A DNA stretch of 64,000 nt from Acidobacteriota bacterium (GCA_965217775.1 CBDCJH010000002.1:4960001-5024000); one strand, 5' to 3'. Positions 47,417 through 60,409 are shown, numbered from the stretch's first letter. Notes: generated by a model not told the origin, from the letters alone. Made by a program: numbers and translations.

Positions 47417-47544
47417 GGCGGGGACTTTCGGAGACATGTCTCCCCAGCTCCGGTTTGAGGTTCCAGGGTCCCGGGGCGAGAGTCGCCACAGCATTCGGGC
47501 GCAACACCGGCGCCAGTGCGACGCTGGACCGTCACCGCGGGCTC

Positions 47545-47751
47545 CTATCGGATGAGGCCGTACTTCCTCTGGAACCGCTCTACGCGGCCTGCGGTGTCTA
47601 TCAGCTTCTGCTTACCGGTGAAAAAGGGGTGACAACTGGAACAGATATCGAGGCGCAGTTGGCCACTCTGGGTGGATCGGGTCTCCCAACCCGCGCCGCA
47701 CGCACAGCGCACCGTGACGACGTCGTAGTCGGGATGGATGCCTGCTTTCAT
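47545..47751 (-). CDS. rpmE: 50S ribosomal protein L31 (Zn-binding form)
   Basis: [29 protein letters not shown]. Confidence 0.96.
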   Translation of the reverse strand: MKAGIHPDYDVVTVRCACGAGWETRSTQSGQLRLDICSSCHPFFTGKQKLIDTAGRVERFQRKYGLIR

Positions 47752-47958
47752 CTCTGACCGCTCCCCTTTCTCACTCGCCTCGTACGCAGATGCCGAGGAG
47801 TTTAGCAAATCGGCCGCTTCGAGTCGAGCCGGCCCACGCCGAGAGGCGGAGCTTCCCTGGAACCGGGGCGATGGCGAAACCACCGCCGGCGACTCGCTTC
47901 TCACCTTCTCGACCCGGCGGGCGACGGCTCCTTGACAATACGGACGACCGGGGGTTAA

Positions 47959-48055
47959 CAGCCCGTGGCAAAAGTCGTCACGGCATTCGACCGTCCCTGC
48001 ATCCCGGCGGGCGCAGGACCGGTCTCGGTGCTCGCGCGACTTTCACCACGGACTG
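47959..48055. mobile_element. MITE family B, copy 3 (inverted, core hairpin deleted)
   Basis: TIRs CAGCCCGTGGCAAAAGTC / GACTTTCACCACGGACTG; perfect TTAA duplication; 97 bp versus 158-159 bp for the other copies. Confidence 0.85.
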
Positions 48056-48210
48056 TTAATGATCAACCTCTCGCCCCGGGGCGGTTGCGGAAGGCAGACT
48101 GAATATCCTATCCTGAATACCCCCTCTTTGAATTTGTCGGCCGGTGAGGAGGGGGGAAGTTTGCAGTCCGTCAGGAAAGTAGGCGCCGGCTGGCAGGAGG
48201 AACATTGCGG

Positions 48211-49995
48211 ATGGCTCCAACTGGAACCGACAAAGGGCTTGAACGCCTGATTGCTGCGGGGCTCTCGAACGTCGCGCTCCCCACCATCGAGGTCGCCGAC
48301 GACCTCGATTACGACGCGTTGGTGCAAGCGTACGATTCGAGCTTCAAGAACCTTTCCGAGGGCGAGGTGATCCCCGGAACGGTCATCGACGTCACCGATT
48401 CCCATGTTTTAGTCGATATTGGATTCAAGTCCGAAGGCTTGGTTCCCATCAGTGAGTTCCGTGAGCGGGGCGGCGTCGTCAACGTCAAGCCCGGCGATAC
48501 CGTAGATGTTCTGATGGAGATTTCGGAGACGTTGGACGGCGGCGTGATTCTCTCTCGCGAGAAGGCGGAGAGAATGAAGATCTGGGATAGCATCGAGCGC
48601 GCCTATCAGGAACAGGCGGTGATCCAGGGGCGCGTTATCGAGCGGGTGAAGGGGGGACTGTCCGTCGATATTGGCGTTCGTGCCTTCCTGCCGGGCTCTC
48701 AGGTCGACATGCATCCGGTACGTAATCTGGACAGCTTGCGCGACCAGGAACTCCAACTCCGGGTGATCAAGGTAAACAAGCGCCGCGGCAACATTGTCCT
48801 TTCGCGAAAGGCGGTCTTGCAGGAAGAATACCTCAAGCGCAAGGAGGAAACCCTCCGCAGCCTGGAAGAGGGGAAGGTCAGGTCCGGGGTCGTGAAGAAC
48901 ATCACCGACTACGGCGCCTTTGTCGACCTGGGCGGCATCGACGGCCTGCTGCACATCACCGACATGTCCTGGGGCCGGGTCAACCACCCCTCCGACCTCT
49001 TCAAGATAGGAGACGAAATCGACGTCAAGATTCTCAAATTCGACAAAATCGACGAGAAAGTCTCCCTGGGATACAAGCAACTCACTGCTGACCCCTGGTA
49101 CACGGTGGCCCAGCGTTACCCACGCGGTTCCCGTGTCCCCTCGGTGGTCGTCAGCATTACCGACTACGGCGCCTTCGTCGAACTGGAGGAGGGTGTCGAG
49201 GGGCTCATCCACATCTCCGAAATGACCTGGAACCGCCGGATCAAGCATCCGTCCAAGATCCTTTCCGTACGCGACCAGGTCCAGGCTGTCGTCCTCGATG
49301 TCGACGCCAAGGCCAGACGCATCTCCATGGGCATGAAGCAGACCGAACCGAATCCCTGGGACTCGGTCGAGGAGCGCTACGCGATCAATTCCGTCGTCGC
49401 CGGCACCGTCCGAAACCTGACCGATTTCGGCGCCTTTGTGGAGGTGGAGGAGGGAATCGAGGGTTTGGTCCATATCTCCGACCTGAGTTGGACGAAAAAG
49501 ATCAAGCACCCGTCGGAGGTTCTCAAGAAAGGGGATGAGGTCACGGCTGTGGTTCTGAGTGTCGACGGCGAAAACCAGCGCCTTTCGCTCGGGATCAAGC
49601 AACTGGGACCCGACAAGTGGGAGGACTTTTTCTCCCGGCACCAAGTCCGCGACCGGGTGCTGGGCAAGGTCGTCCGGTTGACCTCGTTTGGCGCGTTCGT
49701 GGAGCTGGACGAGGGCGTGGAAGGTCTCTGCCACATCTCCGAACTGTCCGAGGATCGCGTCGACGACCCCACATCCCACGTCTCGGTAGGCCAGGAACTC
49801 GATTTCGAGATCATCAAGCTCAACCTCCTCGAGCGGAAAATCGGGCTGTCCCTGAAGGCGCTGGTCGAGCGCAGCCACCGGGAAACCTGGTCTTACCGTC
49901 CGGAAGTGGGCAAGACCTCCATTGGAGAATTGGCGGGTCGCCAACTGGGTGGTCTCAAGCAGCGGGCCATCGACGCAGCGAGAACCAAGAAATGA
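48211..49995 (+). CDS. rpsA: 30S ribosomal protein S1
   Basis: Six S1 repeats (DIGFKSEG, AFLPGSQVD, DYGAFV..GL.HI), AGGAGG upstream. Confidence 0.96.
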   Translation: MAPTGTDKGLERLIAAGLSNVALPTIEVADDLDYDALVQAYDSSFKNLSEGEVIPGTVIDVTDSHVLVDIGFKSEGLVPISEFRERGGVVNVKPGDTVDVLMEISETLDGGVILSREKAERMKIWDSIERAYQEQAVIQGRVIERVKGGLSVDIGVRAFLPGSQVDMHPVRNLDSLRDQELQLRVIKVNKRRGNIVLSRKAVLQEEYLKRKEETLRSLEEGKVRSGVVKNITDYGAFVDLGGIDGLLHITDMSWGRVNHPSDLFKIGDEIDVKILKFDKIDEKVSLGYKQLTADPWYTVAQRYPRGSRVPSVVVSITDYGAFVELEEGVEGLIHISEMTWNRRIKHPSKILSVRDQVQAVVLDVDAKARRISMGMKQTEPNPWDSVEERYAINSVVAGTVRNLTDFGAFVEVEEGIEGLVHISDLSWTKKIKHPSEVLKKGDEVTAVVLSVDGENQRLSLGIKQLGPDKWEDFFSRHQVRDRVLGKVVRLTSFGAFVELDEGVEGLCHISELSEDRVDDPTSHVSVGQELDFEIIKLNLLERKIGLSLKALVERSHRETWSYRPEVGKTSIGELAGRQLGGLKQRAIDAARTKK

Positions 49996-50267
49996 CTAAA
50001 GCCCAGCTGGTTGAGCGAGTCGCCGGTGACTCAAGCCTCACCAGAAAGGAGGCCGAGGTCGTCGTCCAGGCCGTCCTCGACAGCATCGTCCAATCTCTGA
50101 AAGGCGGCACCAAAGTCGAGTTGCGGGGATTCGGCAGCTTCCGGCTGCGCCACCGCGCGGCACGCATCGGCCGCAACCCCAAGACCGGCGCCAAGGTCCA
50201 CGTTCCCGCCAAGCGGGTCCCTTATTTCAAGCCGGGCAAGGACCTGAAAGAGTTGATCAATTCCTGA
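49992..50267 (+). CDS. ihfB: Integration host factor beta / HU-family DNA-binding protein
   Basis: MTKAQLV, VELRGFGSF, GRNPKTG, PYFKPGK; ATGA overlap with rpsA as in the canonical rpsA-ihfB pair. Confidence 0.8.
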   Translation: MTKAQLVERVAGDSSLTRKEAEVVVQAVLDSIVQSLKGGTKVELRGFGSFRLRHRAARIGRNPKTGAKVHVPAKRVPYFKPGKDLKELINS

Positions 50268-50740
50268 GCGGCTCCCGCGTTCGGCAACTCGCTGCCGGCC
50301 TCCGTTCATGCTCAGCCGCCGATAGTTCCCGGTGGCTTGCTTGGCGACTCCTCGTCAGCATCGTGGCGCAGGCGTCGAAGCAGCGACCCAAAAATCACCC
50401 AAAACGTCAAAAAAACACCCAAGCGGTCCCGACCGCGTACCACGCGCGGACCCGATGTTGACGCAATCTTCACAAAACCCTTGCGAGAACTGAAAAAATC
50501 GGATTCCCTGTCACACAACCTCACCGAACAACTCGTTTTTGTCCCCTAAGTTATTGGATCAAAAAGTATATCCAGTACTCATCCGGGTAGCATCCAGGAC
50601 CACGAAAGAAACTTCTTTCGCCTCCGAAACCGACTGTGCTACCTTAATTCGGCCCGAAACAGTAAATGACCGTGGGCTGTGCGCCGCCGCCCATTTCTTC
50701 TTTGCAGAGCCCACAGAACTTTCAGGGGAGACTGCCAGCT

Positions 50741-52066
50741 TTGGATTTATGGCGGGACATCGTAGCTTCCCTTGAAGCAGCAGGACAGATCTCACCCGAG
50801 AATCTGGCAGTCTACTTCCAAGCGACCTCCCAGGTCCGCTACGACCATGGTGATCGGCGCCTTGTGGTTCGGGTTCCGAACAGCCGCTTCAGCAGGTGGA
50901 TCTCCCACCAGTACGGCGATCTCCTGAAGGCGAAGATGGAAGAGATGGGGTTTCCAAATGCGGAAATCGTTTTCCAGGCAGATCTCGGCGAACCGCAATC
51001 AAGCCTGATCTCGTCACCTCATCTGTTGGGCTCCTACATCGGCGCGGCCGATTGCGACCTGAACCAACGTTACACGTTTGCCAACTTCGTCGTCGGTTCG
51101 AGCAACCAATTCGCCCGCGCCGCCGCTCTCGCAGTCGCGGAACGTCCTTCCAGGAGCTACAACCCTCTCTTTCTCTACGGTGGGGTGGGTCTGGGAAAAA
51201 CTCATCTCATGCACGCTATCGGGCACTCGATCAAGATTGAATTTCCCAGTGTGAATCTCGCCTACGTGCCCTCGGAGCGTTTCACCAATGACTTGGTCAC
51301 CTCCATCCGTTACGACCGGACGCCCGGTTTTCGACAGAAATACCGGAACATCGACGTCCTGCTGATGGACGATGTTCAGTTCCTCGCAGGCAAGGAGAAG
51401 ACTCAAGAGGAGTTCTTCCACACCTTCAACAGCCTGTACGACGCCCAAAAGCAGATCGTCATCTCCAGCGATTCCCCTCCTCACGAAATCCCGACCCTGG
51501 AGGAGCGTCTCCATAGCCGCTTCCAGTGGGGACTGATTGCCGACATACAAGCTCCGGATCTGGAAACCAAGGTCGCCATTCTTCGGAACAAGGCGGCCTT
51601 GCAACGGGTGGAACTTCCTGACGACGTTGCTTTCTTCATCTCGAGCAACACCAAGTCCAACATTCGCCAACTTGAAGGATCCCTCATTCGCCTCATCGCC
51701 TACAGTAGTCTGATCGGCGAGGAGATCACCCTCGACTTGGCCCAATCCACCCTCAAGGATCTTGCCGCGTCCGCGCAGCGAGTGATCACCATCGGAGAAA
51801 TTCAACGGGTCGTCGCCCGACACCACTCCCTGACCGTGTCCCAGCTCGTGAGTCGAAGCAACTCCCCGAGAATCGTGGTTCCAAGACAGATCGCCATGTA
51901 CCTCTGCAAGGAGTTGACGCCGGCCTCTCTGCCTCAGACCGGCCGAGCGTTCGGCGGCCGGCATCACACGACCGTGCTCCACGCCGTCCGGAAGATCTCT
52001 CGGCTCATCAAGAAGGACCCGCTGCTGGATTCCACCGTCAACAAGCTGACCGACCAAGTTTCATGA
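50741..52066 (+). CDS. dnaA: Chromosomal replication initiator DnaA
   Basis: YTFANFVVG, YNPLFLYGGVGLGKTHL, DDVQFL, FFHTFN, RQIAMYL, HTTVLHA; TTG start after GGGGAG. Confidence 0.97.
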   Translation: MDLWRDIVASLEAAGQISPENLAVYFQATSQVRYDHGDRRLVVRVPNSRFSRWISHQYGDLLKAKMEEMGFPNAEIVFQADLGEPQSSLISSPHLLGSYIGAADCDLNQRYTFANFVVGSSNQFARAAALAVAERPSRSYNPLFLYGGVGLGKTHLMHAIGHSIKIEFPSVNLAYVPSERFTNDLVTSIRYDRTPGFRQKYRNIDVLLMDDVQFLAGKEKTQEEFFHTFNSLYDAQKQIVISSDSPPHEIPTLEERLHSRFQWGLIADIQAPDLETKVAILRNKAALQRVELPDDVAFFISSNTKSNIRQLEGSLIRLIAYSSLIGEEITLDLAQSTLKDLAASAQRVITIGEIQRVVARHHSLTVSQLVSRSNSPRIVVPRQIAMYLCKELTPASLPQTGRAFGGRHHTTVLHAVRKISRLIKKDPLLDSTVNKLTDQVS

Positions 52067-52290
52067 CGTTTTCCCGCTTTTCCACCGGTGGTAGAATGTA
52101 ATGGCTGTGGAAAAGGCTGCGCAGACTCGGACCGGGCCTTTTTCCACCTTGTATCAAGAGCCGAATTCACAATTGATGAGTGACTCTATCCACTTGGAAA
52201 TAAACGTTTCTTCCAGTTCATCCACAGTTTCCGCCAACTCTACGGCGACGATTCAAAATACATTTTCCCTTGTGACTTGAAGACGGAGAA
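52067..52290. other. oriC: Putative oriC (dnaA-dnaN intergenic)
   Basis: AT-rich relative to flanks; DnaA-box-like 9-mers TGTGGAAAA (52106), TTTTCCACC (twice), CTATCCACT, TCATCCACA (52218). Confidence 0.75.
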
Positions 52291-52294
52291 CACC

Positions 52295-53434
52295 ATGGAC
52301 ATAACTTTGAAGCGGGAGCATCTGTTTCCCGAGGTCCAACATCTTCAGACCATTGTCGAGAGAAAAACGACGGTTCCCATCCTTGGTCACATTCTCCTTG
52401 AAACCCTCGGGAACAACCTCGTCCTGACTGCGACCGACCTGGACGTCTCTCTGCGCTCCCGGTGCGAGGCCCAGGTGCGGGTCGGCGGCGCCCTTACCAT
52501 CTCAGCCCGGAAGTTATTCGAAATCGTTCGTCTGGCACCACCAGGTTCGATTATCCACATCAAATCCGTAGCCGAAGGCGATTGGGTCGAGATCGGCTAC
52601 GATCGGTCGCGGTTCAAGGTAGCTGCCTTGGGGAAGAGCAACTTCCCCGAGATCGGCGAGGCGGAAGGACAACTCATCCGGATGGACGCGGCCATAGTTC
52701 GCCGCATGATCGGGAGTTGCGTCTTCGCCATCACCCAGGAGGAGAGCCGATATACTCTCGGTGGGGCGCTAGCCGTGATTACTCCTTCGGGTCTGTCCCT
52801 GGTCACCACGGATGGGCACCGCCTGGTTGTTGTCCAACGGGACGTGGAGATGGATATCGACCAAGAGGAGATTCGAGTTCTGATTCCGAAGAAAGCACTG
52901 GTCGAGTTGGTGAAGCTACTCGGTGAAGCTGACGGGGATATCGAGTTCAGGAGTGGAGAGAGAAGGATTTCATTTGGAATCGGTAGCCGGCTGTTGATTT
53001 CTCGCATCCTGAGCGGTGAATTTCCAAACTACAAGATGGTCATTCCGCAAGGAAACAATCTGGTCGTGCACCTCAGCACCTTGGGTTTCACTGGAGCCCT
53101 GCGGCGTGTCGCGGTCGTGTCGGACCAAGAAGCACCAGCGGTCGAGGTGAGCCTGAGCGAGGGGCAGGTCAAGCTCGCCTGCCAGAATTCGAATGGAGAG
53201 CGGGCCGCCGAAGCGATGGAGACCACCTATGAGGGCCCGCAGATCGTGATCGGTTTCAATGTGAACTACCTGCTCGACTTCGTTAACGCCGTGGAGACCG
53301 AACAGGTACGGATTTCCCTCAAAGACTCGGATGCTCAGGGGCTGCTCCAACCCATCAGTGCGCCCGATGCAGACGACTCCGAACCGACCGGCGACTACAA
53401 GATGCAATATGTCATCATGCCGCTGAGCCTCTGA
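52295..53434 (+). CDS. dnaN: DNA polymerase III beta sliding clamp
   Basis: T.PILG, ATDLD, TTDGHRL, GEFPNY, IGFN..YL, YVIMPL. Confidence 0.95.
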   Translation: MDITLKREHLFPEVQHLQTIVERKTTVPILGHILLETLGNNLVLTATDLDVSLRSRCEAQVRVGGALTISARKLFEIVRLAPPGSIIHIKSVAEGDWVEIGYDRSRFKVAALGKSNFPEIGEAEGQLIRMDAAIVRRMIGSCVFAITQEESRYTLGGALAVITPSGLSLVTTDGHRLVVVQRDVEMDIDQEEIRVLIPKKALVELVKLLGEADGDIEFRSGERRISFGIGSRLLISRILSGEFPNYKMVIPQGNNLVVHLSTLGFTGALRRVAVVSDQEAPAVEVSLSEGQVKLACQNSNGERAAEAMETTYEGPQIVIGFNVNYLLDFVNAVETEQVRISLKDSDAQGLLQPISAPDADDSEPTGDYKMQYVIMPLSL

Positions 53435-53481
53435 GCCGTACGGTTCCGTCGATCCGTTTGCGACACATGTACCGGGTATAA

Positions 53482-56007
<2,526 letters not shown>

Positions 56008-56145
56008 GCGCTTGCGGTCGAGGTCGGCGCGGCCGGTTTCCTGGCGTTTCCACTGTGACCCCAGTGCTGCACGTTTCCCCAGTCGGGCGCCGCTTCGCCC
56101 GCGCACCGTGACTTTTCGAATGGCCAGGATGGGAGGAACAAGTCG

Positions 56146-58608
56146 ATGAGAGAGTACCAGGGCCGGGAGATTCCGGTCACCATCGAAGCGGAGATGAAGA
56201 CGTCCTACCTGGACTACGCCATGTCGGTCATCGTGGGGCGGGCCCTGCCGGATGTCCGAGACGGGTTGAAGCCGGTTCATCGGCGCATCCTCTACGCCAT
56301 GAGCGAACTGAACAACAGCAGGAACCGCCCCCACAAGAAGTCGGCGCGGGTCGTGGGTGAGGTCATCGGAAAGTACCATCCCCACGGGGATGCGGCTGTC
56401 TACGATGCGCTGGTCCGAATGGCTCAGGATTTTTCCATGCGGGAGTTGCTGATCGACGGCCAGGGGAACTTCGGGTCCATCGATGGCGACTCGCCGGCAG
56501 CCATGCGATACACCGAGGTTCGGATGGCGCGAATCGCCGACGAGATCCTGGCGGACATCGAGAAGGAGACGGTCGATTTTCAGGCCAACTACGACGAGTC
56601 AATGCAGGAGCCGACCGTTTTGCCGGCTCGAATTCCCAATCTCTTGATCAACGGGGCCTCCGGGATTGCCGTGGGGATGGCGACCAACGTGCCTCCCCAC
56701 AACCTCAGTGAGGTCATCGACGGCCTTTTGCTCCTGCTCGATCGACCGGCGGATGCGACATTGTCGGCGCTTATGCGGTTGATTCGGGGACCGGATTTTC
56801 CCACCGCGGGGATCATCTACGGGCGCAAGGCCATCCACAGTGCGTACGCTACGGGCCGCGGCATCATCCAGTTGCGGGCCAAGGCCGCCATCGAGAAGAT
56901 CAGAAAAGACAAGGAGGCCATCATCATCGATGAGCTCCCGTATCAGGTCAACAAAGCCAAGCTCATCGAGACGATTGCAGCGCTCGTTCGCAGCAAGAGA
57001 ATCGATGGGATCAGCGACTTGAGAGACGAGTCCGATCGGGACGGGATGCGGGTCGTCATCGAGCTGAAGCGAGGCGAGCAGCCACAGGTGGTCCTGAACC
57101 AGCTCTACAAACTGACGCCGATGCAGAATTCGTTCGGGATTATTCTGCTGGCCCTGACGGCCGGCCGGCCGCGCGTCCTGACCCTCAAGGAAATGCTGAA
57201 CCATTTCCTTGCACATCGCAGGATCGTCGTGCGGCGGCGCACACAGTTCGACCTGAAGAAGGCCGAAAAGCGGGCACACATCCTGGAGGGTCTTGCCAAG
57301 GCTCTGGATCACCTGGATCTGGTGATCGCCCTGATCCGAGGTTCGAGGACGCCGGCGGAGGCCAAGACACAGTTGATCCAGAGCCTTGAGTTCACCGAAA
57401 TCCAGGCTCAGGCCATACTTGAAATGCGGCTGCAGCGCCTCACGGGCCTGGAACGGGACAAGATCGTGGAGGAACTGGAGCGGATTCGGGACCGGATCGT
57501 CCAACTGCGGAAGATTCTCACCAGCGGGGCCGAACTCCGGCGGGTGATCCGCGACGAACTCAGGGAGATTCAGGACAGGTACCATTCGCCGCGCCGCACG
57601 GTGATCCTGGACGAGGCGATCGACCTGACGATCGAGGACCTCATCGCCGAGGAGCAAGTGGTCATCACAGCCACGCACGGTGGCTACATCAAGCGGACGG
57701 CCCTTCACATCTACCGTAGTCAGCATCGCGGAGGCAAGGGCCGGATCGGAATGTCCACGCGCACGGTCGATGACGTCCTCGACTATCTTTTTGTCGCCTC
57801 CACGCACAGTTACATCCTCATCTTCACGAACCAGGGGAGAGTCTATTGGCTGAAGGTTTATGAGATTCCCGATGTGGGCGCCGCCGGGAAAGGGAAGCCG
57901 ATCGTCAATCTGGTCAAGTTGGAGCGGGGCGAGAAGGTGGCGGACATGATCGCCGTTCAGGACTTCAAGACCCCGGGTTTCATCGTGATGGCATCTCGCC
58001 AAGGGCGGGTTAAGAAGACGGCGTTGGGGGCTTACTCTCGACCCCTGGCGAAGGGGATCATCGCATGTGCAGTGGTGCAGGGGGATGAGCTGATCGTAGT
58101 GAGCCGAACCAGCGGCAAAGACGACATTCTTCTCTGCACGGAACAGGGTAAGGCCGCCCGGTTCTCGGAAAAACAGGTCCGGGAGATGGGGCGCGTCGCT
58201 CGGGGCGTATGGGGTATACGCCTCAAGGGAGGCGACTCGGTCGTCAGCATGGGCGTCATTCGAGAAAATCACGAGAGCATATTGGCGGTGACCGAACACG
58301 GATTCGGAAAGCGGACACCAGTCAACGAATACGCCCCGAAGGGGCGGGCGGGCCAGGGCGTGATCAACATCAAGACCAGCGGCCGAAACGGCAAGGTTGC
58401 GGCGACATTCCCGGTGGGACCTGGTGCTGAGTTGATCATCATCACCGCAAGGGGCAAGATCATACGCTTGGAAGCGGATAGCATTCGAATGACGGGCCGC
58501 AACGCATTTGGCGTGACGCTGATGGAGATGGGGGATGGAGACACTGTGGCCGATGTGAGCCTGGTGGCCGACGGGGTTGTAGAAGTGGAATCGGAGGCTT
58601 CCGAATGA
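56146..58608 (+). CDS. gyrA: DNA gyrase subunit A
   Basis: [26 protein letters not shown], GyrA-box QHRGGKG. Confidence 0.97.
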   Translation: MREYQGREIPVTIEAEMKTSYLDYAMSVIVGRALPDVRDGLKPVHRRILYAMSELNNSRNRPHKKSARVVGEVIGKYHPHGDAAVYDALVRMAQDFSMRELLIDGQGNFGSIDGDSPAAMRYTEVRMARIADEILADIEKETVDFQANYDESMQEPTVLPARIPNLLINGASGIAVGMATNVPPHNLSEVIDGLLLLLDRPADATLSALMRLIRGPDFPTAGIIYGRKAIHSAYATGRGIIQLRAKAAIEKIRKDKEAIIIDELPYQVNKAKLIETIAALVRSKRIDGISDLRDESDRDGMRVVIELKRGEQPQVVLNQLYKLTPMQNSFGIILLALTAGRPRVLTLKEMLNHFLAHRRIVVRRRTQFDLKKAEKRAHILEGLAKALDHLDLVIALIRGSRTPAEAKTQLIQSLEFTEIQAQAILEMRLQRLTGLERDKIVEELERIRDRIVQLRKILTSGAELRRVIRDELREIQDRYHSPRRTVILDEAIDLTIEDLIAEEQVVITATHGGYIKRTALHIYRSQHRGGKGRIGMSTRTVDDVLDYLFVASTHSYILIFTNQGRVYWLKVYEIPDVGAAGKGKPIVNLVKLERGEKVADMIAVQDFKTPGFIVMASRQGRVKKTALGAYSRPLAKGIIACAVVQGDELIVVSRTSGKDDILLCTEQGKAARFSEKQVREMGRVARGVWGIRLKGGDSVVSMGVIRENHESILAVTEHGFGKRTPVNEYAPKGRAGQGVINIKTSGRNGKVAATFPVGPGAELIIITARGKIIRLEADSIRMTGRNAFGVTLMEMGDGDTVADVSLVADGVVEVESEASE

Positions 58609-59396
58609 GATCTGCGGTCCCCTGGTTGGTCCTGGTCGCGGCTGCTGCAATTCTGTTCCTATACGGTCACGACCAGGCGGGAGCGGAATTCCAGAGGGCC
58701 CGTGACCTCTGGCTGACCGGGGAGTATCGGGCGGCGACCCGCGTCTTTGAAAGTGTCCGCCGCCTCCACCCCGACAGCCGGCATGCCGCGGAAGCCCTCT
58801 GGGAGATCGCTTCCATCTACTACTCGCATCACTACGACCTGTCCGAGGCGCGTACGCATCTGGAGGAACTGGTCTCCCGCTACCCCACGAGCCTCCGTGT
58901 CGGTGACGCGCTCCTCCGCCTGGCGGAAATCCATGAAGCCGGAGAAAACGATCTGGCCGCGGCCGTGAAGTACTGGTCCCTGGTCCTGGAACGGAAGCTG
59001 CCCCCGGAGGAGGAGCGGGAAATCCTCTATAAGCGGGGGCGTGCGCTACTGAAGCTGGAACAGATCGACGAGTCGGAACGCGACCTGTGGGCGGCGGCGG
59101 GTGACTCGTCGGACCACCTGTCCCAACAGGCACATGTCTGTCTTGGAACGATCGCCCAGATCAGGGGGGACCATCGGGCGGCGGTCCGTCTTTTCGAGAA
59201 GACCCGGGATCTGGGCCGCTGTGGCGAATGCCTGCTCCAATGCCGCCTCAGCATGATTGAGAGTTTCGAATATACGGGCGAACTGGACCGGGCAATCGAG
59301 ATCGCCGGCGTTCTGGACAAGACGGGCTACCCGAAGGCCGGCGAGCTGATCGTCCGGCTCAGACAGAAGCGGGATTTCTACGCCGACACGAAGTAG
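58605..59396 (+). CDS. Tetratricopeptide-repeat envelope protein
   Basis: N-terminal hydrophobic segment and repeated TPR-like helices (HPDS...AEAL, YPTS...DALLRLA); ATGA overlap with gyrA. Confidence 0.7.
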   Translation: MRSAVPWLVLVAAAAILFLYGHDQAGAEFQRARDLWLTGEYRAATRVFESVRRLHPDSRHAAEALWEIASIYYSHHYDLSEARTHLEELVSRYPTSLRVGDALLRLAEIHEAGENDLAAAVKYWSLVLERKLPPEEEREILYKRGRALLKLEQIDESERDLWAAAGDSSDHLSQQAHVCLGTIAQIRGDHRAAVRLFEKTRDLGRCGECLLQCRLSMIESFEYTGELDRAIEIAGVLDKTGYPKAGELIVRLRQKRDFYADTK

Positions 59397-59445
59397 CGCC
59401 TCCCCTGAAACCCACGTATCCTTTCTCGCTCGTCGCCCAAGGCCG

Positions 59446-59475
59446 TTGACACGAGGGCCGAAACCGGACTATATT
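59446..59475 (+). promoter_or_regulatory. Sigma70 promoter of rpsU
   Basis: TTGACA-18 bp-TATATT, 26 bp upstream of the start codon. Confidence 0.6.
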
Positions 59476-59501
59476 GTCGGCTCCAAGAAAGGTGGAACGA
59501 A

Positions 59502-59705
59502 GTGGCGTACGTCTTCATTCATGATGGGGAGCCCCTGGAAAGCGCGCTCAGGCGCTTCAAGCGAAAGGTGCAGCAGGAAGACATCATCAAGGATGTCAAG
59601 CGCCATTCCTACTATCTGAAACCGGGCGAGAAACGGCGCCTCAAGCAGGCCCTGGCACGGAAGAGAGCCCGGAAGAAGTTCATGAAGAAGCAGCTTCACA
59701 GATAG
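59502..59705 (+). CDS. rpsU: 30S ribosomal protein S21
   Basis: ESALRRFKRK, YYLKPGEKRR. Confidence 0.93.
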   Translation: MAYVFIHDGEPLESALRRFKRKVQQEDIIKDVKRHSYYLKPGEKRRLKQALARKRARKKFMKKQLHR

Positions 59706-59788
59706 TATCCACGACCCGTCTCCGGACCCCCGGCAGCCTCCTGCCGGCATGTCTCACCGGGTTTCCCGGCAGACCTTCAGCTACAAAT

Positions 59789-60409
59789 TCAGGGATTGAT
59801 GCAGCGGATCGCTTTCCAGTGACCCAGGAAGTCGATGGGCATTTCCGATTCGATTTCCAGCCCGCACTCGCGCAGCAGCTTCTTTCGATCCAGATCGGTT
59901 CGGAATCCGATCCGGTAGCAGAGGGGGGAAATGAGCGCCTCGAGCGAACCGAGGATAGGGTTCTCGTTGCGAAAGTGGTTCAGGAAGACGAGATATCCGC
60001 CCTTCTTGCAGACTCTCTTCATTTCTTCAATCACCATCACGGCGTCGGGGACCACGGAGATGAAATAGGCGGCGAGGATTCGATCGAAGCTGCCGGAGGG
60101 AAAATCGAGACTGGTGGCGTCCATCTTCAGCAACTGCACATTCTCCAGCCCCAATTCCTTGGTCCGGCGCCGCGCCTGGTCCAACATTTTCTCGGACAGG
60201 TCGACACCCGTTATCTGGATGTTTTGCGGTAGCATCGGCAGGGAGAGGCCGGTTCCCACCCCCACTTCCAGGAGACGAGATTCGGCCGTCAGGTCCAGCA
60301 GGAGGGGGGCTATTTCCCGCCCGCTGCTGAAGATGGGACCGAACAGGAGATCGTAGAAACGAGAGTACCTGTTGTAAACCTTCTCGATGTGTTCGACATC
60401 GACATTCAC
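59789..60409 (-). CDS. Class I SAM methyltransferase, PmtA-like (phospholipid N-methyltransferase)
   Basis: Y.RYSRFYD..FG, LEVGVGTGL, GVDLS..ML, SVVPD, RVCK.GG, NHF. Confidence 0.7.
   Translation of the reverse strand: MNVDVEHIEKVYNRYSRFYDLLFGPIFSSGREIAPLLLDLTAESRLLEVGVGTGLSLPMLPQNIQITGVDLSEKMLDQARRRTKELGLENVQLLKMDATSLDFPSGSFDRILAAYFISVVPDAVMVIEEMKRVCKKGGYLVFLNHFRNENPILGSLEALISPLCYRIGFRTDLDRKKLLRECGLEIESEMPIDFLGHWKAIRCINP

Noticed and set aside
56599-59133. 844-aa antisense ORF over gyrA, and similar long shadow ORFs (7948-9549, 13795-15561, 22258-24342, 24917-26323, 48409-49944, 60777-62261)
   Set aside because: They lie opposite well-conserved genes, have no recognisable motifs, and are expected from high-GC codon bias that leaves few antisense stops
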